A DNA stretch of 63,421 bases, the filler included, from Octopus bimaculoides (taxonomy: Eukaryota), in NCBI RefSeq assembly GCF_001194135.2. It is 4 parts of 4 records of this genome, joined end to end, with 100 filler letters (N's around TTAATTAATTAA, not from the genome) between each part and the next. Parts side by side here need not be neighbours in the genome. Positions count along the whole stretch, not along the records: positions 34,608 to 57,708 come from NC_068999.1; positions 57,809 to 63,421 come from NC_069008.1; 2 more parts are not named here. The stretch is one strand, 5' to 3'. Positions 52,650 through 63,421 of this stretch are shown piece by piece (position 1 is the stretch's first letter; every line of letters starts with the position of its first letter). The position numbers and the translations under genes were made by a program. The notes under the pieces are model-generated. The model saw nothing but the letters and a program-made list of their open reading frames with translations. It did no database searches and was not told the DNA's origin.

Positions 52650-53129
52650 GCATACATACCAGAATATATACAAGAATATATACATACATACTATTTTATA
52701 TGGATTCTTGCGTAAATTTGAAAAGTTAATATTATAATAGCATTAAAGAAACATGAAGAAAATAATTTGCAGATAACATTATCATGTTACCTTTCTGAAG
52801 CCAACAATCGGCAGCGGACATATTTACTGCGTTTTAAATTCATAGGAAATGGTAAAATATATTGACTGACGTTCAAGTAATTATATTGTTCGTGTTGTTG
52901 TTGTTATTGTTGTTGTTGTCGCAGCTTTTATTTAGCCCCAGGTTATCCATGAACGAGCAGACCTGTGGTAAATGGCATTCGTTAATTTTATTTCATTTTT
53001 TCTTTTTTTTTTTTTTGGTGTCGAGTAATATCTCTCGTTTTTATAAACTGACTTTACAAAATTATATTATAACATGTAACGTCACACCTGTATACGACGA
53101 ATTGACAAAGTCGTTAAGGTGATGGATAG

Positions 53130-53412
53130 AATGTCTCGAAATGATTGTCTTGAAGTTCTGAGTTCAAATCCCATCGAAGCGAAAGTTAACCTTCATTCTT
53201 TCAGGCACAAAGCCTGAAATTTTGAGAGAGGTCGGGGTTTGTTGATTACATTGACTCCACTACTTGGCAGGTATTTATTTCATGGACCAGGGAAGGAAAA
53301 AGGGCAAAGTCACCTCAGCTAAATTTGAACTCAGAACGTAAAGGCGGACGACGTACTGCTAAGCGTTATGTCCGGTATGCCAACGATTCTACCTGCTCGC
53401 TGCCTTCAAGGT
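53130..53412. mobile_element. Two degenerate Meta-like-core SINEs in inverted, tail-to-tail orientation
   Basis: GTTCTGAGTTCAAAT at about 53154 (+) and ATTTGAACTCAGAAC at about 53323 (-). Confidence 0.7.
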
Positions 53413-53887
53413 GATAGCCACTGTCCAATCACTGAAACAAGCAATAGTTAAATGATAAAACAAACAATAAGATTCTATACTTTGAGATCGAACTCGTGTC
53501 CTAGGGATTGCGTAAAGAGCTTCTTAACCCCTCAGCCATAGACACCAAAGAAAAAAGAAACTGTTAGCTGGATCAGAAAATGTACAGCCTAGGAGTATTC
53601 TAGAGTTTCATCTTCGGTTGTGTTTATTATCAAAAATGGTTATGCTTCATACATGTAATTCAGAAATCAGTCAACAGGTAAATGGAAAATGGTGAGGTTT
53701 CATAACAGATATTCAATACTATATCTTTACACAAATATTTACCCTCCTCCTGGCAAAATGCGTTTTCTTTAAAAGACATCTTCTGTAAAATAACTTCACA
53801 AACAAAAGACTACGCTACTTAAAAGCCTCATGTTTACTGCTTAAAGATAAACAGTACACACATGCACAGTATTCATGCACACATGTG

Positions 53888-53952
<65 letters not shown>

Positions 53953-54255
53953 ATGTCGTGTGTTGTATGTGTGTATGATATGATATTATATTTATATTAT
54001 GTATCATGTGTATGTGCTTGTGTGAGTGTATACATTCTTATCTTATGTTATATTAAATTATATTACATTATATAAATATTATATATTATTCACAGTCATA
54101 TTAATTAACAAGTTCTTACGCAGTATGACGTTTGTTGCAGACTTGAATAAACAGCATATTATAGCTTATTACTGTTATATAAGCCATTAATAAATTTACT
54201 AGTTCCCATAGATGTACAACATACATACATATATATACAGTATATATATATACAT

Positions 54256-54288
<33 letters not shown>

Positions 54289-55076
54289 AGAGTAATTGAT
54301 ATGGTATCATCGACGGATATCTTTATATACATACATATACGTTGTCATTTATAATGAGATATATTTAATATGCTTCATAGCTTCCTTGTATAATGCAAAT
54401 TAACTAAATTTAAAAGATACGGAGTCGTAAATGCTCAAGTGTGTCNNNNNNNNNNNNNNNNNNNNNNNNNNNNNNNNNNNNNNNNNNNNNNNNNNNNNNN
54501 NNNNNNNNNNNNNNNNNNNNNNNNNNNNNNNNNNNNNNNNNNNNNNNNNNNNNNNNNNNNNNNNNNNNNNNNNNNNNNNNNNNNNNNNNNNNNNNNNNNN
54601 NNNNNNNNNNNNNNNNNNNNNNNNNNNNNNNNNNNNNNNNNNNNNNNNNNNNNNNNNNNNNNNNNNNNNNNNNNNNNNNNNNNNNNNNNNNNNNNNNNNN
54701 NNNNNNNNNNNNNNNNNNNNNNNNNNNNNNNNNNNNNNNNNNNNNNNNNNNNNNNNNNNNNNNNNNNNNNNNNNNNNNNNNNNNNNNNNNNNNNNNNNNN
54801 NNNNNNNNNNNNNNNNNNNNNNNNNNNNNNNNNNNNNNNNNNNNNNNNNNNNNNNNNNNNNNNNNNNNNNNNNNNNNNNNNNNNNNNNNNNNNNNNNNNN
54901 NNNNNNNNNNNNNNNNNNNNNNNNNNNNNNNNNNNNNNNNNNNNNNNNNNNNNNNNNNNNNNNNNNNNNNNNNNNNNNNNNNNNNNNNNNNNNNNNNNNN
55001 NNNNNNNNNNNNNNNNNNNNNNNNNNNNNNNNNNNNNNNNNNNNNNNNNNNNNNNNNNNNNNNNNNNNNNNNNNNN

Positions 55077-55425
55077 GTGCCACCCGCACAAGAGCCAGTC
55101 CAGGGGCACTGGCAACGATCTTACTTGGCTTGCCGGGTCTTCTCACGCACAGCACATTTCCAAAGGTCTCGGACAGTAGTCATCGCCTCGGTGAGGCCCA
55201 ATGTACGAAGGTCTTGCCTCACCACCTCAGCCCAGGTCTTCCTGGGCCTACCTCTTCCACAGGTTCCCTCAACTGTTAGGGTGTGGCACTTTTTCACGCA
55301 GCTATCCTCATCCATTCTCACCACATGTCCATACCAGCGCAATCGTCTCTCTTGCACACCACAACTGATGCTTCTAATGTTCAGCTTTTCTCTCAAGATA
55401 CTTACACTCTGACGGGTATTCACAT
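55077..55425 (-). mobile_element. RTE-clade LINE ORF 3' end and start of 3' UTR
   Basis: GVQERRLRWYGHVVRMDEDSCVKKC...GRGRPRKTWAEVV...DLWKCAVREKTRQAK*. Confidence 0.92.
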
Positions 55426-58038
55426 TATATTCAATTTTATACAAACATACATACATACATATATATAAGGTGCATAGCTCAGTGGATAGAGCGTCAGGCT
55501 AACAAACATGAAGTAGAGAGTTCGATTCCTGGTCCAGGCTGTGTGTTGTGTTCTTGAACAAGATACTTTATATCGCGTCGTTCCAGTTCACTCAGTCGTA
55601 GAAATGAGTGGCCACCTCACTGTACCAAGCAGTATCTGCCTTTGTAGTTCTCGAGCGACTGCTGATCTTCCCAAAACAACCTTCAGCGGACCCGGAACCA
55701 TGTGGTTGGGAAGCAAGCTTCTTACCACATAACCACGCCTGCGCCTACATACATATATATATTTGTGACGCACATGGAATAGATTTCTTTGAGATGGGAT
55801 GCCTGAACTCACTAGCCGATGAATTCATAAGTGCCTTTCTTACCGTTGATTTTTGGTGTCGCATGGCCAAAGATTTACCGTGAATTTTTTAGAGACACTT
55901 TCAAATTTATCAGAATATCGGACTGATGATTTGGAATAGGGAAATTTTCATTCCCTTAACCATGAAACGATCGTATCCGATTAACTAAAGACTTGTTTTG
56001 TTTATGCTTTCCCCTCCGGTTTTTTGTTCTATGTGTGCCACAAATATCGCCATCCATTTAGAGAAAAATTTGTAGTTTAGAATCAGTAGTTCTTTGACTG
56101 CTATTTCTAAATTTTCAGTATGTTGGAGAAGCAACTCAATGCTAATCCCTGTATATTTATGATGATAAATGGTTTTACCGATAAAGGTTTNNNNNNNNNN
56201 NNNNNNNNNNNNNNNNNNNNNNNNNNNNNNNNNNNNNNNNNNNNNNNNNNNNNNNNNNNNNNNNNNNNNNNNNNNNNNNNNNNNNNNNNNNNNNNNNNNN
56301 NTATATATATATATATATATATATTCTATACAAATGTCTTTTTTTTCTATCAGATTTACTCATTAGACTACGACAAGGCTGGGGCGCCACCTTGAAAAAT
56401 TTCATGTAACATGAACGAGTCCCCCCACTAGCCGAACATTAAGTAGGCCTTGTGTCTGAAGGATAAATGGTCGAGGAAGCAGGAGACTAACTGAATGAAC
56501 TGTAAATATATAGACCGACAGAGAGCAACAGGGAAACCACCACTGCATCTTTCCGAAGAAAAATGGCATGAATCTTCAGAATTAGCTATGATGGTCTATG
56601 GTCACCGATGCCTGTAGGCATGGTAGAGAGAGAGGAGGTTGAGAGAAAGAGAGAGAATCAAAGTGGGAGACAGACAGACAGACAGACAGAGACAGATAGA
56701 CAGATACAGGCTAACAGACAGATTGAATCAAACAATACCATCAGCATTGATTTGATCCTAACCGCTAACATCGCTACAACTGACAGTCCAACACATCAAC
56801 TACTCATTGAACGTACAGTATTCCGATGTAACAGATCTATACTTGTGGCTATTATTGCTTTCAGACTACAGATATCTGTGAATGGTGCAGATATCTGCGC
56901 TCTGAAAACCTAAACAAAAGCCAAATATTTACAAAACTTGGTTCACTGACAATGACGTTAACTTTACTCGATGCTTGTTTTTGTTCAATGCTGTTTATTC
57001 TATTGAACGTAATTTATTCAAAAGTCTATTTAAGCATACAATCCACCTCTCGCTGCCATGACACCAGCCGCTAGAAACGAAATTGCCATAATTAGTATGA
57101 ATGCATTATTTAATAGCCACAAAATATCTTGTTACATCGAAAATTGACTAGATTTTTTTTCTTTATTGTATCCTCTTTTCAATGAATGACATTTTACTAA
57201 CTTTCGGCGAAAGCTAGACTACAATAGATATTATAACGGCTGTGTAGGAATGATTTCTATGTTTATTATAGATATAACAAAAAGAAAAGATAAATACACG
57301 AACGAGTCTTGGTTTTCAATTGATGTATGATATTTTACTAAACAGACGTCAGTAATGTTTGCTGAAGATATGAATGAGTATTCTAAAGTATCTTTTTTTA
57401 GTAGTTAAAGAAATGTGCTTCTTTGCGTCTCTTCAATTTTCAACCGATTGATCATCTATGCTGGATGTTATGTACGCATAATCGAGGCTTAAATGAATAT
57501 GGAGCGTAAGAAGAACATTTGTGTATACACACAGCATATAAGTTCTACCCTGACCAAAATTTGAATCCCAATAAAGGACAATTATGTAATTTCAATGGAT
57601 GGTATAATATATACTACAAAACCACCATAAACCAAGAGACCAAAACCCCCTATATAATATACTCACCACACACACACACATACATAATATCTGTGTAAGC
57701 TTATATGANNNNNNNNNNNNNNNNNNNNNNNNNNNNNNNNNNNNNNNNNNNNTTAATTAATTAANNNNNNNNNNNNNNNNNNNNNNNNNNNNNNNNNNNN
57801 NNNNNNNNCTCCACCCCTCCACCCCTCCACCTCCTCCCCTCCTGCAATGCTGCAAATTATTGATTCAGTATGAGAAACAGTCTACTTGACTTCACAGCAG
57901 GGAACATATCAATCTGTCTTACTCCAATGTAATAGTGTTTTTAAAGCTGTGAGGTCAACAACCTAAGGTGTTAGGAACAACCAATGAGAATTTAAAACAT
58001 TGCATGCGAAAAATATGTAAATATTGTCCAAAACTTAC

Positions 58039-58226
58039 AGAGATCGAGCATTTATAGGAATGGTTTCATTAGGAACCGAAGTGAGTTTGAGAAAAGCACA
58101 ATATATTTCACCCTCATTACAATTACATTTGGTGCAGATATCTGAAACAGCATGAGCCTCCGAAAACAATCTCATGTACAGTATCATCACAAATGTCAAC
58201 TTAAAATATATTTCTTCACGGAACAT
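58039..58226 (-). CDS. First coding exon of a secreted or membrane leucine-rich-repeat protein (signal peptide + LRRNT cap + start of first LRR)
   Basis: Minus strand reads TTTTCTTCTTTTCCAG acceptor (exon starts 58244), ATG at 58226, then MFREEIYFKLTFVMILYMRLFSEAHA-VSDICTKCNCNEGEIYCAFLKLTSVPNETIPINARS-L. This is a signal-peptide-like segment followed by an LRRNT-type CxxCxC...xC...LxxVP..IP pattern. It ends CT|GTAAGT, a phase-2 donor splitting a Leu codon, which is the usual intron position in LRR genes. Confidence 0.8.
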
Positions 58227-58559
58227 TTTCAGACGTAGATTAATCTGGAAAAGAAGAAAATACAAAATATCAGAGACTATGTTATTATTTCATTCACATT
58301 GCAGATTCTTCAAAGGAAAAAGATTGTTGCCCCTGCTCCATACGATGAATCTATCTTTGATTTTACCTACCTTCAGTTTAATATTTAAAATTACAGAATG
58401 AATTCCGATAAATCAATGTGAATAACATAATTATAGATTGAAGCTTAAATGAGCGATAATGTGGAATAAAAACTGACCAAGCACCCTTACATACACACAT
58501 ACACAGATAGACAAATGAAACCCTACACTTACACACAGAATCTGTACATGGTGCGTCTA

Positions 58560-59040
58560 CTATAAAACTAATAAAGCTTAAATCCTACGATCCAATTATG
58601 TCACTCACAGATATCGGTGGAGAATTTTCACCTGCAGTGAAAGGTTTTCTCATGTTCGATGACACTCGAACGTGTTGAACATGATTTTATACGAAAGTCG
58701 TTTATTCAATACTGTTCCGTGCGACATTATTTCCATAATTCTGGCCTGATCAAATGGTACGCACATCAACAAACATTTCGCTTTCTGTTTTCATAAGTAT
58801 AATTTTATACTTGCTGGGCTGTAAGTGACTGAATTGGTTTTCGTAGCTGACGAAGCGAAACGATGCGGAAACGCATACTTCCTACGATCCGATGACAGCA
58901 CTCATACTCTAAAATAAAATGTCTACTTTCACAAGTTTTCCTGAGACTTCCTACAATGAAAGGCTTTCTCTGGTCTGATTACACTCCAATATATTGAACA
59001 TGATTTTACAGGAATCCATTTTATTTAACGCTGCTTCTAA
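58560..59040 (+). repeat. Diverged tandem duplication with a unit of about 300-320 bp
   Basis: 58631-58718 aligns with 58950-59037 with only a single 1-nt gap (AATG/AGTGAAAGG, TTGAACATGATTTTA). CCTACGATCC-N8-CACTCA occurs at both 58584 and 58881. Confidence 0.8.
58841..58887 (+). ncRNA. Candidate type I hammerhead ribozyme lacking a true stem II
   Basis: TCGTAG-CTGACGA-AGC-GAAA-CG-ATGCG GAAA CGCAT-ACTTC-CTACGA. Has a 6-bp helix I, an intact core, a GAAA-capped helix III hairpin and a UUC triplet. Confidence 0.5.
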
Positions 59041-59074
59041 CTCACCATCACCATGAGCGACAGGATTTTCTTTC

Positions 59075-62000
59075 ATATTTATTATGAGTTTTTCTTCTTT
59101 CAATTTTGCTTCCATTTCTTGCTGAGTGTCTTCCTGACTCCTAAGGTAAAGAAACTTACTGCATACATTGATACGCCATTAAACTAAACATACCAGATTA
59201 TTCATTTTTAAAATGAAACGAAATTATGTGAAAAGAAAAATTTAAAATACAAGGGTGTAATCGATTTCACATCGACATTGCTCTTCGCAATGTGTGACGT
59301 ACCAGATAAAGCAATGTTTTGCACTTCTTGGAGGGATGGTAAGCCAGAGATCATATTCAAATAATTTTCAGTTCTTTTTTAATCATTCCAAGTGATTCTA
59401 TACTCGTTGGTATTGTAACCGCCTTGAGATGCAACATTTTTTCGATTTCAATCAGCAAATATTTATATTTTCTGAGCTTGTCAAATTCTTTTGCCGAGAT
59501 ATTATGACCATAAGGAATACTCATGTTGATCAATAAACAAACTTTATTGAATTGATCTTTCACAACAATATCCAGTTTATTAGCTTTGATTGTTCAGTCT
59601 GATGGTACTGGAAAGTCCCAAAGACTCATTACATTTCCTTTTTCAGTTACAGTCTCATGATGGTGATTATACTACTTGTCAGTAGTTTTGATTTTATAAT
59701 GCCGACATATTAACCAGTGTATATATTAGCTTACTCTGTCATGGCTTGATTTATACTCTACTGGTGCAAAAACTTTACATTGAGAGATAAGGTGGTGCAC
59801 TGTTTCAATCACATTATTGCAGAATCGGCATTTTGAATCAACTCCATTTTTCATCACATTGGAGTGGTAGTTCTGGGTCAATAACCTTTGATCTTGAACA
59901 TTTAAGACGAGGCCTTCTCTTTCTGAAATCCGTAGCCATTGTTGGACGTGATCTGGTCTAAATCAGCTTGCTTGCTACGGGCCACATATTTACCATACAG
60001 AGGTTCCTGCTCCGACTGATGATCAGCCAAACTGTTTGAGCGTTCTTTTTCTTTGCCATTATTTTCACCTTCGTTGTGACAATAGTTGTTGCACTTTCCT
60101 TTGGCTGTTCAACTTGGGTATCGTGCATGAGATCAATAGCAACCTTTTTGTTCTTTATGATAGAATGAAGCTTCTTATGCCTCTCTTGATTTTCAGCGAG
60201 TTTTAGCATCCAGTTGTTTGTTGTTTCAAGATATTTGGCCAATCCACTTGTGGTTTTGTAAGATAGTTCAAATTGGGACAAGGCTCTGGGAAGGTGAAGT
60301 CGATCTACGTCTGCCTTTGGGTGGTGCGTCTTATTACAACTCAGCAGCTTGCATATTTTTCTGCCAGTTTTCTTTACTTCACTGATGTTCCAGTTCAACA
60401 CATTGTTGCTATAAGTAACAACTGGAGCCACTAAGGAATGTATGGCTAACACCTTGTTACATGCACTTAGCTCGGATTTCAGGACTGCTCAAACTCTCCA
60501 ATAACAGTCTTTCCTTATTTTTCACGCTCGCGTGCTGAATGCCAGACTCTCCATTATTCCTAGATACTGGTAGGTTTGTTCTTGCTCAAGTTCTTTTATA
60601 AGTGTGTCACAACTGAACTTATGGTTTTCAATTTCTCTTCCAGGAAAGTGGCCTTGGCAAACTTATCAAAAGTATTCGCCATCTCGATTCATCACTGAAT
60701 GCTTTCACAGTACATAATAGGCCTTCAAGTTCATCATTGTCTTTGCTATGGAGTTTAAGTTATTCATATAAAATGAGTGGCTTATTTTCCTGTCAATTTA
60801 ATACTCGTACCCTTCTGTTAAGTTCATTTGTAAGGAGTATTAAAGTTATGCCAAAGAATTAGAGATGAAAGTTAGGCATCTTTGAAAATGCTAGAGTTGA
60901 TGTTAATATTGTTTGAAGCCAGCACGCCATCAAAGTAATATAATTGGAGATCCGTATTCCACAATGACATATTATGCCCCAAGAAGTTTGAAATTACAGG
61001 AGAAAATTTGAAGATGTCCATCGATTTCAAGATCCACGAATGCGGTATGCTGTCAGAGACCTTTTTGTAACCAATCCATGCGGAACAGAATTCTACGCTT
61101 GTTATGACAGTTCTCCAAGGATCATGCGATTCTTAGGAGTTGATCTTTGCATCCGTATGAGCCTCGTCGGCACCCTTTTTGTTTAGTGGGAAAATATTGT
61201 TTTGTTCTATAAATGCATGTTTTCTTCAGGAGGATGGATGTTAAAATGTTATAAGTAGTGGATAAACAGGTTATGGGCCGCGTAGTCTTTTGGAACATTA
61301 GTTTTGTTATTCTTTGGGAGTAAGTAATACCACTTGTAACGTAATTTGTTACGTGTAATAACCAGACAACAGTAAAAACAATGCAACGAAACGAACTAAC
61401 AAATCTCTTTATCAACCAACAATCAATATTCCTTGTGAACTAACCAACCGGCACCTTCCAACTTCACTGCTAACTAACAGGGACTTCACTCGACTCCGAA
61501 CTCTGAACTTTTGAACTTACTCGGATCGTTACTATTTATACTTTACTCGGACCAGTCTATCTCTTGCATGGGGGCGTCGTAACTCTCATCACAACACAAA
61601 CCAATCAGATGTTTCTCACATAATTTCATTGAACAGCTGAACTAACTTTCTGTGTACGCACCGGAGCAACGAATGCCTGAAATTTGGAACCCTATCTTTA
61701 CCGGGGCGTTTCTATTTATGAGCATTCGCGAGTTTCGTCATTAGGCCTGCTATTGTCTTCCCATGCTTGTTCTTGTAAATTTTAGTAGAATACTTCTGTA
61801 AATTTCCTTTGCACGTTTTCTCATCACTCCAAATCTTTTTCCAACGTAGGATTTTTCGCATTGGATGTGAATTGCTTATTTTGCTTCAAAACTCGTTTCT
61901 CTTCTCAAATCTTCGTATTCTTTGAGCTTTTGATTGGACATTTTGTCTCAGTGTGTGTGTGTATGTGTGTCTATATCGATTCTCTGGTGATAATCCACAC

Positions 62001-63000
62001 TTTCTCTTCATCTTTCTTCCTTTTCAAGATCTTACATAATTTCCACAGATTCGTTCATTTAATATTGATACTTATCTCTCATTAATTCAATCGCTTCTTC
62101 AGTTTTACTTATCCAGTTGGGATTTCTTCCCAACTTTAGTTTTCTTTGCTTTTTCGGAGGCATACAAATAACTTCACTTGTCTTAGTAGATGCGTAATTT
62201 CATTTAACTCAGTAGGATCAGGTTTAAATTCGTGTATTTCTTTTGTTACATAGCTGCCAATTTTAATGTTTTTTTAAATTTTGGTTTGTATTTGAGAGTT
62301 TATGAAAAGATTCTCTATGATTAATATTTATGACTTGCAACTGTAACCTTATTCAGAATTTTCTGTTTCATTTCTGTCGTAGAGTCTTTGTGTTCCTGGA
62401 TATCTTTATAAAGTGCATTAGAATTTCTTATTTCTTCATGCCTTTGGTTGAGTTGGTCAGATGGCAATCTTTCAATTTAGACTCGTAACTGGCTGTTGTC
62501 TTAATTTGATTCTTTATTTCTTTCCTGTCTTATATTTCGGTCATTTTCCCTTACGTATTTTACTATCTGTGTGTTTTTGTTGGTTTCTGGTGGGGAGGTT
62601 TTGATCTTGTTCCGCAATTACGAACTCTTCAGCTTCTGCTTTGAGTCCTGAGCTTTTCAACCAGTGTTGGGATTTAACTTTTTCTATTTCTTTTCTGTTT
62701 AGCTTATCCCAGAATTTGCCATTAAGGGCTTTTCTTACAATCTCTTTATCATGATATTTTGTACTTTCAGTGTTAGCTTAGATTTTAGTTACTTCACACT
62801 TTTTGTTGTTTCTTCTTTTTCCTCATAGTTATCAAGTATTATAACCTCCTCTTCGTAATTTCTAGCTTCCTTGAAGATGGAAAATAGCTTTTATTTTCCT
62901 TTACTCATGCTTTGTGGCTATTTGTATCAGTTTTCTTTGGTCATGAATTAAAATATCTCTGTAGTCCTTTGACAGATATTTTATATTAGTTTTCTAGTTG
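59075..63000 (-). mobile_element. Near full-length, heavily decayed R4/Dong-clade non-LTR element
   Basis: KAQRIRRFEKRN; WKKIWSDEK; RPITCLSTTY...KGCRRGSYGCKDQLL; HHPKADVDRL; KELIKYKYLLIEI-like endonuclease end; SLQEVQNIALSGTSH. Ends are approximate. Confidence 0.85.
61335..61740 (-). mobile_element. LTR-like segment inside the R4-like element
   Basis: TG...CA termini. On the minus strand, ATTGG (CCAAT box) is followed about 50 nt later by TATAAATA. Unrelated to the flanking RT sequence; no TSD found. Confidence 0.45.
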
Positions 63001-63421
63001 CATCAGACTTCTGTCAGTTTCTTCTTGTCAAACCAATAAGTTATGGGGATGTAAATAAACGAACAGCAGTTGTGAAGCAATGATGAGGGAGAAACACAGA
63101 GCTAAAGACACACACATACACTTACATATATACATACATATATATACGATTGATTTCTTTCAGTTTCTGTCCACAAAATTCACTCACAAGGCTTTCATTG
63201 GTGTGAGGCTATAGCAGAAGACACATGCCAAGTCATCACACAGTGGTACTGAACCCAGGGCCATATGTTTTGGAAACACAGCCACACCTGCACTTATGTA
63301 TATGTGTGTGTGTGTATGTGTGTGTATGGGTGTATATATGTATGCATGTATATATATGTATATATATATGTGTACATATATATATATTAATATATATATA
63401 TATATATTACATATATATATA

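Noticed and set aside
56883-58143. Shared 15-mer TGGTGCAGATATCTG near 56883 and inside the LRR exon
   Set aside because: No homology beyond the 15-mer and no matching reading frame. A match this long is plausible by chance in a 63-kb self-comparison.

Overview
AT-rich, repeat-saturated eukaryotic genomic DNA from a draft short-read scaffold, with roughly 7 kb of N gaps. The SINE families, microsatellite density and retroelement mix look like an octopod cephalopod; this is inferred from repeat recognition, not proven. Most listed ORFs are microsatellite or N-gap artefacts. Real coding signal is almost all decayed transposable elements: three Penelope-like elements (PLEs), several R4/Dong-clade non-LTR elements, a CR1-group LINE, two RTE LINE pieces, four Tc1/mariner-superfamily transposons, a hAT-type MITE end, two LTR-like segments and many tRNA-derived SINEs. 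One convincing host exon is present at 58039-58244 (minus strand), encoding a signal peptide, an LRRNT cap and the start of a leucine-rich repeat; I could not find its downstream exons. The most notable unannotated signal is five hammerhead-ribozyme-like motifs. These include a nearly complete fold at 58841-58887 inside a diverged ~300-bp tandem duplication (retrozyme-like layout), and a PLE 3' end carrying a tRNA-like Pol III module followed by a hammerhead, with an inverted terminal copy. All ribozyme calls were folded by eye and are untested.
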